Assembly (NCBI GenBank): GCA_039930845.1
Contig: JBDTTA010000001.1
Coordinates: 1,418-65,417, forward strand
Length of the DNA: 64,000 nt
Source: Gemmatimonadales bacterium
Lineage (GTDB): Bacteria > Gemmatimonadota > Gemmatimonadetes > Gemmatimonadales > GWC2-71-9
Direction: 5' to 3'
Numbering within the stretch: position 1 is the stretch's first letter; the number at the start of each line of letters is the position of its first letter. Positions 19,085 to 27,797 of the stretch are shown here, piece after piece. The position numbers and the translations under genes are program-made. Under the pieces are notes generated by a model. The model did not search any database, was not told the DNA's origin, and saw nothing but the letters and a program-made list of their open reading frames with translations.

Positions 19085-19862
19085 GTCGAGCGACCTCCGT
19101 GAGCGTGGCCAGCAGCGCCGCGGGATCCCGGGCGGCCGATAGTGCGGTACCCATCAGCACGGCATCCGCCCCGGCCGCCGCCGCGGCTTCGACGTCAACC
19201 CGCGAAGCCATGCCGCTCTCGGCCACCACGAGCACCTCACGCGGCACCGAGCGGATGATGTTCCACGCCCTGGCGGTGTCGATCCGGAAGGTATCGAGAT
19301 CGCGGCTGTTGACGCCGATGAGCCGGGCGCCACAGTCGAGCGCCACCGCAAGCTCCCCTCGATCGTGGACCTCCACCAGGGCGTCGAGTCCCCACGTCGC
19401 CGCCGAGGCGAGGAGACTGCGAAGGCGCAATGGGAGGAGCGCGCGGACGATGAGCAGGATGGCGGAGGCGCCCGCCGCGCGCGCCTCGAGGATCTGCACC
19501 TCATCGAGGATGAAGTCCTTACGGAGCACCGGGACGGAAACGCTCCGGGTGACCAGGCGAAGATCGTCGAGCGAGCCGCCAAAGAACGGGCCATCCGTCA
19601 GCACGGAAATCGCCGAGGCGCCGGCGGCGGCATAGCACGCCGCGAGCGAGACGGGGTCGAGGTCTTCGCGGATCGGCCCCGCGCTTGGCGATCTGCGCTT
19701 GACCTCCGCAACGACGGCCACCTCGGATCCGGCCAGCGCGCGCTCGAACGACCGCAGGGCGGGCGTCGCGGAGGCCTCGCGCTCGAGTTCCGCTCGCCGC
19801 CCATGGAGAGCGGGGAGCTGCCGGCGTGTGGAGTCCAGAATCTGTTCGAGCGAAACAGGCAT
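19074..19862 (-). CDS. trpC: Indole-3-glycerol phosphate synthase
   Basis: Internal ATG at 19862 (MPVSLEQILDSTRR...) preceded by GAAGGA. Motifs VVAEVKRRSPSAG, SVLTDGPFFGGS, PVLRKDFI. The ORF-track N-terminal extension to 20054 runs antisense into lexA and looks non-coding. Confidence 0.9.
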   Translation of the reverse strand: MPVSLEQILDSTRRQLPALHGRRAELEREASATPALRSFERALAGSEVAVVAEVKRRSPSAGPIREDLDPVSLAACYAAAGASAISVLTDGPFFGGSLDDLRLVTRSVSVPVLRKDFILDEVQILEARAAGASAILLIVRALLPLRLRSLLASAATWGLDALVEVHDRGELAVALDCGARLIGVNSRDLDTFRIDTARAWNIIRSVPREVLVVAESGMASRVDVEAAAAAGADAVLMGTALSAARDPAALLATLTEVARHAR

Positions 19863-19869
19863 CTTGTCC

Positions 19870-19910
19870 TTCGGCCGGTCTTCGGGTAGTCTTATTCGGC
19901 CTCTATTCGG
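19870..19910. repeat. Four phased TTCGG direct repeats in the trpC/lexA divergent spacer
   Basis: TTCGG at 19870, 19881, 19895 and 19906 (spacing 11/14/11 nt). The two right copies extend to TATTCGG. Confidence 0.4.
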
Positions 19911-19939
19911 TGGCCAACCCGAGCGACGAGGAGAATGCC

Positions 19940-20548
19940 ATGCCCCTGACCAAGCGACAGAGCGAAATTCTCGGCTATCTGCACGGACATATCCAGCAGC
20001 AGGGATACGCGCCGAGCTTCGAGGAAATAGCCGAGCGGTTCGGCTTCCAGTCACTCGCCACGGTCCACGAGCATCTCACTAATCTCGAGCGCAAGGGCTA
20101 CATCAAGCGCGCCTACAACGAAAGCCGGTCCATCGAGGTCCTGCCTCCGCGCGGCACGTCGGCAGCCAGCGACATTCCGCTCCTCGGCAAGGTGGCGGCA
20201 GGCACTCCGATCGAATCGCTCATGCACCAGGAAACCATCGCCGTACCCGACCACATGCTGCCACGGCGCGGCCCCAACTACGCGCTGCGCGTGCAGGGCA
20301 CTTCCATGGTCGACGAGCACATCATGGACGGCGATGTCGTCGTCGTGCACGGCAAGCAAACAGCGGAAAACGGCGAAATGGTCATCGCGCTCGTCAACGG
20401 CAGCGAAGCCACGGTCAAGAAGTTCTATCGCGAGCCGGGTGGCTGGATCAGGTTGCAGCCGGCCAATTCCAGCATGCAGCCCATGCGGTTTCAGGAGCGA
20501 GAAGTGCTCATCCAGGGCGTGGTCGTCGGCGTCATTCGGAAGTACTAG
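19940..20548 (+). CDS. lexA: LexA repressor
   Basis: Internal ATG at 19940 preceded by GAGGAG. MPLTKRQSEILGYL... winged-helix N-terminus, VAAG cleavage site, GTSM (Ser) and TVKKF (Lys) of the S24 peptidase dyad. 202 aa. Confidence 0.9.
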   Translation: MPLTKRQSEILGYLHGHIQQQGYAPSFEEIAERFGFQSLATVHEHLTNLERKGYIKRAYNESRSIEVLPPRGTSAASDIPLLGKVAAGTPIESLMHQETIAVPDHMLPRRGPNYALRVQGTSMVDEHIMDGDVVVVHGKQTAENGEMVIALVNGSEATVKKFYREPGGWIRLQPANSSMQPMRFQEREVLIQGVVVGVIRKY

Positions 20549-20549
20549 C

Positions 20550-21575
20550 TCAGCCCGACCGGAGTCGCGCCAGCGCGTCGGCGCCGGCCCCCGTATCGAG
20601 CGATTCACGCGCCCGCACCGCCGACTCCTCGAGCGACCATCCCCGTCCCGATACGTAGAGCGCAGTCGCGGCGTTCAGGATCACCGCACACCGCTCCACC
20701 GCCCTTCCCCGCCCCCGCAGCAGCGCCTCGATCCGGGTCGCGTTTTCGGCCGGTGTTCCGCCGGCCAGCCCGTCCAGCCCGACGCAATCCAGACCGTGCG
20801 TCGCCGGATCGATCTCCCGCACAGTCACGTTTCCGTTGACCTCCCACGCATCCGTCACGCCCGATGGGCTCACCTCGTCCATGCCGACTCTGGCGTGAAC
20901 CACAATCGCGTGCGTGGCGCCCAGGTGCTGGAGCGCACCCGCAACCAGCCGCCCGCGACTTTCGTCCGCCACACCGACCACCTGCCTGACTACCCCCGCG
21001 GGATTCACCAGCGGCCCGAGCACGTTCATGATCGTGGCAACACCGAGCTCTTTTCGCACCTGTGAGACGTGCCGCATCGCCGGATGGTACGCCGGTGCGA
21101 AAAGGAAGACGATGCCCGCGCGGCGCAACACCTCCGCCGCGCGATCCGGCGCCAGCTCGATATCGATCCCCAGCGCCTCGAGCACATCGGCCGAGCCCGA
21201 GCGCGAGGTGTAGCTGCGATTGCCGTGCTTCGCGACTCCGATGCCCGCTCCCGCCACGACGAACGCCGCCGCCGTCGAGAGATTGAGCGTGCCAACCTTG
21301 CCACCCCCCGTCCCGCAGGTGTCCACCAGCGAGCCGGCGTCTTCAACCTCGAGCCGGACCATCGCCGAGCGGAGCGCCACGGCGGCACCCGCAATTTCCT
21401 CGGCGGTCTCGCCCTTGGAGCGCAGGCCGATGAGCAATCCGGCGATCTGCGCTGGAGTCGCATCGCCGCGCATGACCACACCGAACGCCGCCGCGGCATC
21501 CTCCGCGGAAAGCGAGGCACCGCGTGCGAGCTCCTGAAGAGCCGAACGGAGGGCGGCGTCCTGGGTCACGGGCAT
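20550..21575 (-). CDS. trpD: Anthranilate phosphoribosyltransferase
   Basis: 341 aa: GLLIGLRSKGETAEEI...VDTCGTGGGKVGTLNLSTAAAFVVAGAG..VAKHGNRS.TS.SGSADVLEALG. Confidence 0.9.
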   Translation of the reverse strand: MPVTQDAALRSALQELARGASLSAEDAAAAFGVVMRGDATPAQIAGLLIGLRSKGETAEEIAGAAVALRSAMVRLEVEDAGSLVDTCGTGGGKVGTLNLSTAAAFVVAGAGIGVAKHGNRSYTSRSGSADVLEALGIDIELAPDRAAEVLRRAGIVFLFAPAYHPAMRHVSQVRKELGVATIMNVLGPLVNPAGVVRQVVGVADESRGRLVAGALQHLGATHAIVVHARVGMDEVSPSGVTDAWEVNGNVTVREIDPATHGLDCVGLDGLAGGTPAENATRIEALLRGRGRAVERCAVILNAATALYVSGRGWSLEESAVRARESLDTGAGADALARLRSG

Positions 21576-21615
21576 GCGCGGCCGGAGGTGGTGGAGGTCG
21601 GTGAAAGCGACGGAA

Positions 21616-21645
21616 AGTGTATCGGAGAAGAGGCTCTTTTGTCAA
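21616..21645 (-). promoter_or_regulatory. Candidate sigma70-like promoter for trpD (TTGACA-18 nt-TACACT on the minus strand)
   Basis: Perfect TTGACA (21645-21640), 18-nt spacer, TACACT (21621-21616), about 40 nt upstream of the trpD ATG. The -35 lies inside the palindrome TTGTCA-ATCG-TGACAA (21639-21654). Confidence 0.45.
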
Positions 21646-21667
21646 TCGTGACAAGCAGTTGCGTAAC

Positions 21668-21696
21668 TTGCCCGGGGGGTGCGAAACGGCTAGATT
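21668..21696 (+). promoter_or_regulatory. Candidate promoter for truA (TTGCCC-17 nt-TAGATT), implying a leaderless or near-leaderless mRNA
   Basis: TTGCCC 21668-21673, 17-nt spacer, TAGATT 21691-21696. The ATG lies 8 nt after the -10, with no Shine-Dalgarno between them. Confidence 0.35.
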
Positions 21697-21704
21697 CCGG
21701 GCCG

Positions 21705-22514
21705 ATGAGCCGGACATTTCTCGCCACCCTCCACTTCGATGGCACCGGGTTCCTCGGGTGGCAGCGCCAGCCGTCCGGCCGCTCCGTCCAACTCGAATTC
21801 GAGCGTGTCCTGGAGCGATTGTTTGAGCGTCCGACAGTGGCGCATGCGTCGGGCCGCACCGACGCCGGCGTACACGCCGAGGGCATCGGCGTGAGCTTCA
21901 GCGCCCCGGCGCAGTGGCAAGCTCCCGCCGTGCATCGCGCCCTCAACGCCCTCCTGCCGCGGGACTGCTGGATCGAGTCGGTGCGCCCGGCGCGGCCCGA
22001 CTTCCACGCGCGGAGGAGCGCCATCGCGCGCCGCTATCGCTACGACATCGGCCTCGATGCCGCCTCGGCGTCGCCCTTCCGGCGACCGTTCGAATGGTCC
22101 CTCGCCCGCGCTCTCGACCCGACGGCGCTTGGTGATTCCGCCGGACGGGTTCTGGGACAACACGACTTCCGCGCATTCGCCGCCAAGGGCGAGCCCAGGC
22201 CCCACTACCTCTGCACCATCCGGCTCTGCCGGTGGCTCGAGCGCCCCGAGGGGCGTGGGGTCAGCCTCCACATCGAGGCCGATCGCTTTCTCCACCACAT
22301 GGTGCGCATGCTCGTGGGGACCATGGTGGACATCGGCATCGGTCGGCGGCCGGCGGCGGACATCGACATGCTCCTCGCCAGCGATGACAATCAGGCGACG
22401 AGTCCGCCGGCGCCCGCCCAGGGGCTGTATTTCGTTTGCGCGACGTATCCGCCGGACTGTTTCGCGCTACCCGTGGTAGAGGAGGAGGCGCATGCGCTGG
22501 TGCACGACGCGTAA
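21705..22514 (+). CDS. truA: tRNA pseudouridine(38-40) synthase
   Basis: Internal ATG 21705: MSRTFLATLHFDGTGFLGWQRQP......GRTDAGVHA (catalytic Asp)...FLHHMVR.LVG. The ORF-track extension back to 21069 is antisense to trpD. Confidence 0.85.
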   Translation: MSRTFLATLHFDGTGFLGWQRQPSGRSVQLEFERVLERLFERPTVAHASGRTDAGVHAEGIGVSFSAPAQWQAPAVHRALNALLPRDCWIESVRPARPDFHARRSAIARRYRYDIGLDAASASPFRRPFEWSLARALDPTALGDSAGRVLGQHDFRAFAAKGEPRPHYLCTIRLCRWLERPEGRGVSLHIEADRFLHHMVRMLVGTMVDIGIGRRPAADIDMLLASDDNQATSPPAPAQGLYFVCATYPPDCFALPVVEEEAHALVHDA

Positions 22515-23928
22515 GGGCGCCCTGCTCGTCTGCCTTGCCACGCTCGGCTGCCGGGATAATCCGCCGGTCGAAAGCGCGATGTCGGTGGCCTCCGCCGCGG
22601 CGCAGGTGCAGGCAGCCGCACAGACGCGGAAGGCCGGGGTCCAGCTGCACACAAACGACTCACGCCGCACCGCGCTGGTGACCGCCACGGAGCGCGTCGC
22701 GTCCGCAGTCGTGTCGATCAACGTCACATCGCACCGCGAGGCCCCCGCGCGATCGCCCTGGGACTTCTTCTTCGTGCCCGAGGGCGCCCGCCTCGTGCAG
22801 GGTTACGGTACCGGGTTCGTCATCCGCCCCTCCGGGATCATCGTCACCAACCAGCACGTCGTGGCGGACGCCGAGAGAGTGGTCGTCACGCTCTCCGACG
22901 GCAGCGACCTCCCCGCCAGAGTGCTCGGCGAAGACCCGCTCACCGATATCGCCGTCCTGAAGGTCGACCGGCAGGGACTGACGCCCATCGTCCCGGGCCG
23001 GAGCACGGACCTGATGATCGGCGAATGGGTAGTGGCCCTCGGTAATCCGTACGCGTATCTCCTCGGCAATGCCGAGCCGACGGTCACGGTCGGCGTGGTC
23101 AGCGCGGCGGGGCGCAATATCCTTCCAAGCGGCGACCAGACCGGTCTCTACCTCGACATGATTCAGACCGATGCCGCCATCAATCCGGGCAACTCCGGCG
23201 GTCCGCTCACGAACGCACTCGGCGAAGTCGTGGGCGTGAACTCCTCGATCTTCAGCAGCAGCGGGGGCTCGGTCGGACTCGGCTTCGCCATCCCCATCGA
23301 GCGCGCCCTGCGTGTGGCTGATGAGATCATCCGCAAGGGCAGCGTGCGTCGGGCGTGGGTGGGGCTCGAGGTGGAGGGCGCTTCCGCCATGCGGGACTGG
23401 AAGAGTCAGGGCGGCGTCGTGGTGTCGAGTGTCGCGCCGGGCGGCCCGGCGGCCAAGGCCGGCATTCACGCCGGCGATGTGCTCGTGGAAGCCAACGGGC
23501 GCCGGCTCAGAAATTATCTCGACTGGGAAGCGGTAAAGCTCGACCTTCACGTGGGCGATGGCGTGGCGCTGACGACACGAACCGACAACGACACCACGAG
23601 CCACCGGATCGTGACCGGGGATCTGCCGACCGTCACCGCCGAAAAACTCACAGTGCTTCAGGATCTGCAGCTCATCACGATTACGCCGTCGGTGCAGGCC
23701 GAGCGAGGTGTCAGGAGCGAGCACGGCGCGCTGATCTTCAAGATGTCCCCGCAGGTGAGCCGGGCAACGGGCCTTGAGGCGGGGGACGTGATCGTGGCCG
23801 TCGACCGGGAACCGGTGCGGAGCGCGGAGCAGGTGCAGCAGCTCATGAACGTTCGTCCAGGCCAGCTCATCCGCGTCTACTTCGAGCGCGACGGCCAGAT
23901 TTCCTTCACCGATCTCGCCTTCCGATGA
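22492..23928 (+). CDS. HtrA/DegP-family serine protease with PDZ domains, probable lipoprotein
   Basis: 478 aa. Signal/lipobox LLVCLATLGC. Trypsin-like core GTGFVI...TNQHVV (His)...DIAVLKV (Asp)...TDAAINPGNSGGPL (Ser). Two PDZ-like segments follow. Confidence 0.85.
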   Translation: MRWCTTRKGALLVCLATLGCRDNPPVESAMSVASAAAQVQAAAQTRKAGVQLHTNDSRRTALVTATERVASAVVSINVTSHREAPARSPWDFFFVPEGARLVQGYGTGFVIRPSGIIVTNQHVVADAERVVVTLSDGSDLPARVLGEDPLTDIAVLKVDRQGLTPIVPGRSTDLMIGEWVVALGNPYAYLLGNAEPTVTVGVVSAAGRNILPSGDQTGLYLDMIQTDAAINPGNSGGPLTNALGEVVGVNSSIFSSSGGSVGLGFAIPIERALRVADEIIRKGSVRRAWVGLEVEGASAMRDWKSQGGVVVSSVAPGGPAAKAGIHAGDVLVEANGRRLRNYLDWEAVKLDLHVGDGVALTTRTDNDTTSHRIVTGDLPTVTAEKLTVLQDLQLITITPSVQAERGVRSEHGALIFKMSPQVSRATGLEAGDVIVAVDREPVRSAEQVQQLMNVRPGQLIRVYFERDGQISFTDLAFR

Positions 23929-25367
23929 CCGACGACGATCGCTGGCGGTCTCCGCTCGGGACTCGATACGCCTCGCCCGCCATGCAATCGTTGTGGGGAG
24001 AGCCGCACCGGATCGCGCTCTGGCGTCGGCTCTGGCTCGCCCTCGCCGAGGCGGAACAGGCGCTGGGGGTCGACATTCCCGAGGAGGCGCTCGGACAGAT
24101 GCGGGCGCACCTCGACGATGCCGATCTGGCGGCCGCCGCGCGGTACGAGCGCCGCTTCCGCCACGACGTCATGGCGCACGTGCACGCGTTCGGCGAGCAG
24201 GCTCCGGCCGCGCGCCCCTACCTCCATCTCGGCGCCACCAGCGCGTTCGTCACCGACAACGCCGATCTGATCGTGATGCGCGACGGGATGCGCCTGCTGC
24301 TCGGACGCGTCATCGCCGTGCTGTCCGCGCTCGAGGGGTTCGCCGTCCGCAACGCGGCGGTCCCTTGTCTCGCGTACACCCATTTCCAGCCCGCCCAGCT
24401 GACTACGGTCGGCAAGCGCGCGACGCTCTGGATGCAGGACTTCGCGCTCGACGTCGAAGAACTGATTCACCGGCTCGAGTCGCTTCGCTTCCGTGGCTGC
24501 CAGGGCACCACCGGTACCCAGGCCTCGTTCCTCGAGCTCTTCGGCGGGGATCACCGCAAGGTCCGCGAGCTGGAGCGGCGCGTCACGGCCAACCTCGGGT
24601 TTGCGGCGCAATTCGCGGTCACCGGGCAGACCTATCCCCGCAAGGCCGACAGCATGGTGCTCGACGTGCTGAGCGGCATCGCGCAGTCGGCATCGAAGAT
24701 GGCCGGTGATCTCCGGCTGCTGCAGCACGAGGGTGAATTGCTCGAGCCCTTCGAGTCCGAGCAGATCGGCTCGAGCGCGATGGCGTACAAGCGGAACCCG
24801 ATGCGGGCGGAGCGGATCGCGGGCATCGCCCGGTTCGTCATCTCGCTCCAGGCCAACGGCCCCAATACCGCTGCCGGCCAGTGGCTGGAGCGAACGCTCG
24901 ATGACAGCGCCAACCGGCGGCTCACCCTGCCCGAGGCTTTCCTGGGCACCGACGCCATCCTGGTGCTGGCCGCCAACATCGCGGCGGGCATCGAGGTGCG
25001 GGACGACGTCATTGGGCGCCACGTGAACGAGCAGATGCCCTTCATGGTCACCGAGCGCTGTCTTCTGCTCGGCGTCGGGGCCGGAGGAGACCGCCAGACG
25101 CTGCATGAGGTCATTCGCGGGCACAGCCTCGCGGTGGCCGAGCGGGTAAGCCGCGGCTTGCCCAATGACCTGCTGGAGAGGCTCACCGCCGATCCGGCAT
25201 TCAAGGGCGTGCCGGTCGAGCGACTCCGCGCCGAGCTCGATCCCGCGATGTACACCGGGCGCGCCGCCGAGCAGGTCGGCGAGTTCATCGCAGAATACCT
25301 GCATCCCCTGCTCGAGAAGGCGCGCCCGCTCGCCGCCGAGGCGGGCGCCACCGAGGTCCGCGTATGA
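23925..25367 (+). CDS. purB: Adenylosuccinate lyase
   Basis: 480 aa: SPLGTRYASPAM..LW......W..LW..LAEAE..LG...GSSAMAYKRNPMR (signature). Confidence 0.9.
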   Translation: MTDDDRWRSPLGTRYASPAMQSLWGEPHRIALWRRLWLALAEAEQALGVDIPEEALGQMRAHLDDADLAAAARYERRFRHDVMAHVHAFGEQAPAARPYLHLGATSAFVTDNADLIVMRDGMRLLLGRVIAVLSALEGFAVRNAAVPCLAYTHFQPAQLTTVGKRATLWMQDFALDVEELIHRLESLRFRGCQGTTGTQASFLELFGGDHRKVRELERRVTANLGFAAQFAVTGQTYPRKADSMVLDVLSGIAQSASKMAGDLRLLQHEGELLEPFESEQIGSSAMAYKRNPMRAERIAGIARFVISLQANGPNTAAGQWLERTLDDSANRRLTLPEAFLGTDAILVLAANIAAGIEVRDDVIGRHVNEQMPFMVTERCLLLGVGAGGDRQTLHEVIRGHSLAVAERVSRGLPNDLLERLTADPAFKGVPVERLRAELDPAMYTGRAAEQVGEFIAEYLHPLLEKARPLAAEAGATEVRV

Positions 25368-26284
25368 CGGCGCTCGCCGAGAGCCGCCTCCCGCTCCCGC
25401 TGCTGCGGCGTGGCAAAGTGCGGGAGGTGTACGGGGTCGACGGCGACCATCTCCTGCTGGTCGCGAGCGACCGCGTGAGCGCCTTCGATGTCGTCATGCG
25501 GGAGCCGATCCCGCGGAAGGGCGTTGTGCTCACCCAGATGAGCGCGTTCTGGTTCGATCGGTTGTCCGCCGTCTTCCCCTCGCACTTCGTCACCGCGACG
25601 AACGATGAGATCGTACGCCGCATTCCCGCGCTCCGCTCGCACGCGGCCGAGATGGCGGGCCGATCCATGCTGGTCCGTCGCACGGAACCGGTCCCCTTCG
25701 AATGCGTGGTGCGGGGATATCTGTCGGGTTCGGCCTGGGTGGAGTATGCGCGATCAGGGACGCTTGCGGGCCAGCCGTTGCCCCCCGGATACGCGGAGAG
25801 CGGCCGGCTCGACCCCCCGCTCTTCTCTCCTGCCACGAAGGCGGAGTCGGGTCACGACGAGAACGTCGCGTTCGAGCGCGTCTCGGCGGAGCTGGGCGAG
25901 CCGCTCGCGACGCGGCTTCGGGAAGCGAGCTTTGCGCTCTACCGGGCCGGACGTGATCACGCGGCCACGCGGGGGATCATCATCGCCGATACGAAGCTCG
26001 AGTTCGGCACCGACTCCACCGGTGCGCTCAGGGTAATCGACGAGATGCTCACCCCGGATTCGTCGCGCTTCTGGCCGGCGGACGTCTATCAGCCCGGCCG
26101 GAGCCAGCCGAGCTACGACAAGCAGCCGCTTCGCGATTATCTGTCCGGCCTCCGCGCGGAGGGCCGGTGGAACGGCGAAGCGCCGCCGCCGACGCTCCCG
26201 CCCGAAGTGGTGGACGCGACCAGTCTGAGGTACCTCGAAGCGTACCGGCGGATCACCGGTCACCAGCTCGGGGCAGCCACATGA
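25364..26284 (+). CDS. purC: Phosphoribosylaminoimidazole-succinocarboxamide synthase
   Basis: 306 aa: RGKVREVY......LLLVASDRVSAFDVVM...IADTKLEFG...DE.LTPDSSRFW. Confidence 0.9.
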   Translation: MTALAESRLPLPLLRRGKVREVYGVDGDHLLLVASDRVSAFDVVMREPIPRKGVVLTQMSAFWFDRLSAVFPSHFVTATNDEIVRRIPALRSHAAEMAGRSMLVRRTEPVPFECVVRGYLSGSAWVEYARSGTLAGQPLPPGYAESGRLDPPLFSPATKAESGHDENVAFERVSAELGEPLATRLREASFALYRAGRDHAATRGIIIADTKLEFGTDSTGALRVIDEMLTPDSSRFWPADVYQPGRSQPSYDKQPLRDYLSGLRAEGRWNGEAPPPTLPPEVVDATSLRYLEAYRRITGHQLGAAT

Positions 26285-26931
26285 TCCGCACGGCGCCTGA
26301 GGGCCGCTGGTTCATCATCGGCGCGTGGACCATCGCCGTGGCGCTCGTCATCGCGGCCGTACGAAGCGGCGGCGCCGGATGGTGGATCGGAGCCGCAGCC
26401 TGGGCGCTGGTGGCGGTATGGGTCGTCGCGTTCTTCCGCGACCCGGAGCGGCAGTGCACCCACGGGAAAGACCTGATGGTGGCCCCCGCCGATGGGAAGG
26501 TCGTCAGCGTGATCGACGTCGACGAGCCGGCGTTCTTCCAGGGGCGCGCGAGGCGCGTCTCGATCTTCATGAACGTCTTCGACTGTCACGTGAACCGGTA
26601 TCCGGCCGATGGAACGGTCGCGTACCGGCACTACAATCCGGGCAAGTTCGGGCACGCCGGCGCCGAAAAGGCGAGTCTCTCCAACGAGCAGTCCTCGGTG
26701 GGCCTGGACACGGGAAGAGGCAAATTGTTGATCCGCCAGATCGCGGGTTTCGTCGCGCGGCGCATCGTTACCGACCACGAGGTCGGCACCGCCGTCGGCC
26801 AGTGCGATCGCATGGGAATGATCCGGTTTGGATCGCGGGTGGACCTCTTCATTCCGCTGGGCGCCCGGGTTCGGGTCCAGCCGGGTGACACGACGAAGGT
26901 GGGGGTAACCGTGGTGGCCGAATGGAACTGA
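26281..26931 (+). CDS. psd: Phosphatidylserine decarboxylase-related protein (short, archaetidylserine-decarboxylase-like form)
   Basis: ATG 26281 in an ATGA overlap with purC. Two N-terminal TM helices, then FFRDPER......APADGKV......[14 protein letters not shown].....Y..GKF....EKAS..NE......IRFGSRVD (GS processing site). Confidence 0.8.
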   Translation: MIRTAPEGRWFIIGAWTIAVALVIAAVRSGGAGWWIGAAAWALVAVWVVAFFRDPERQCTHGKDLMVAPADGKVVSVIDVDEPAFFQGRARRVSIFMNVFDCHVNRYPADGTVAYRHYNPGKFGHAGAEKASLSNEQSSVGLDTGRGKLLIRQIAGFVARRIVTDHEVGTAVGQCDRMGMIRFGSRVDLFIPLGARVRVQPGDTTKVGVTVVAEWN

Positions 26932-27797
26932 GATCGCGGCGGGACAGACTGCGGCGCCCCACCATGCGCCAGGTGGTGATCGTGATGCCGAGCGCCTTTA
27001 CCCTGGGCAACCTCTTCTTCGGCTTCTGGGCGATCGTGTCGGCGTTCAACGGCAACTTTCGCTGGGCCGGATGGTTCATCGTCTTCTCCGGCATTCTCGA
27101 CATGCTCGACGGCAGGGTGGCGCGGCTCTCGAATACCGGTTCGCGCTTCGGTGCGGAGCTCGACTCCCTGGTGGACGTGATCTCCTTCGGGGTGGCGCCG
27201 GCGCTGCTGATCTACTTCCTCGACTTCGCCAGCGCCGGACGGTTCGCCTGGATCCTCTCCTACATCTACGTGACAGCCGTCGCGCTCAGACTGGCCCGGT
27301 TCAATGTCGTCTCCGCCGGCAAGCCGGCCACCGGGTGGTTTACCGGCATGCCCTCGCCGGCCGCCGGAATGACGCTGGCGGTCTACTACCCGTTCAGCCA
27401 GACCGAGTGGTATCGGGCATCGCTGGCCTATCTCGATCTCCAGCACCAGGGGCTCGTCGTCCTCGTGCTGCTGCTGGCGCTGCTCATGGTGAGCAACGTG
27501 CGGTATCCCAAGTTTCCCCCGATCGGACTGCGGAGCGCGCGTGGCATCTTCGGCATCGTGGTGCATCTCACGATCCTCATCGGCGGAGTCTTCTTCCCTG
27601 AGTATTTTCTCTTTCCGCTCGGATTGTTCTACATGACCTTCGGTGTCTCCCGGGCGCTCGTCCTCGGCCTCATGGAACGGCCCGAGCACGGCGCCGCTCC
27701 CGAGGCTGAAGAACCGGTCGTCCAGGCCGCGGCGGCGCCGGTGGGTCCCGAGCGCCGGGGAGACTGGATCGACCGCCGGCAACCGGAGGACCGATGA
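26922..27797 (+). CDS. pssA: CDP-diacylglycerol--serine O-phosphatidyltransferase
   Basis: 291 aa with the CDP-alcohol phosphotransferase motif DMLDGRVAR.....[19 protein letters not shown]. Multiple TM helices. Confidence 0.85.
   Translation: MELRSRRDRLRRPTMRQVVIVMPSAFTLGNLFFGFWAIVSAFNGNFRWAGWFIVFSGILDMLDGRVARLSNTGSRFGAELDSLVDVISFGVAPALLIYFLDFASAGRFAWILSYIYVTAVALRLARFNVVSAGKPATGWFTGMPSPAAGMTLAVYYPFSQTEWYRASLAYLDLQHQGLVVLVLLLALLMVSNVRYPKFPPIGLRSARGIFGIVVHLTILIGGVFFPEYFLFPLGLFYMTFGVSRALVLGLMERPEHGAAPEAEEPVVQAAAAPVGPERRGDWIDRRQPEDR

Noticed and set aside
19863-19939. Search for a known LexA operator (CTGT-N8-ACAG, GAAC-N4-GTTC, GTTC-N7-GTTC) upstream of lexA.
   Set aside because: None of these patterns occurs in the spacer, so I do not annotate an SOS box. 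Only the TTCGG repeats are reported, as an open question.
21574-21651. 25-codon plus-strand mini-ORF (MRGRRWWRSVKATESVSEKRLFCQS*) with tandem Trp codons next to trpD. It resembles a trp attenuator leader peptide.
   Set aside because: It is on the strand opposite to trpD and precedes truA, not a trp gene. Its ATG is simply the CATG palindrome of the trpD start. No alternative terminator/antiterminator hairpins follow. TGGTGG is not rare in GC-rich DNA. The predicted trpD leader (~34 nt) is too short for attenuation.
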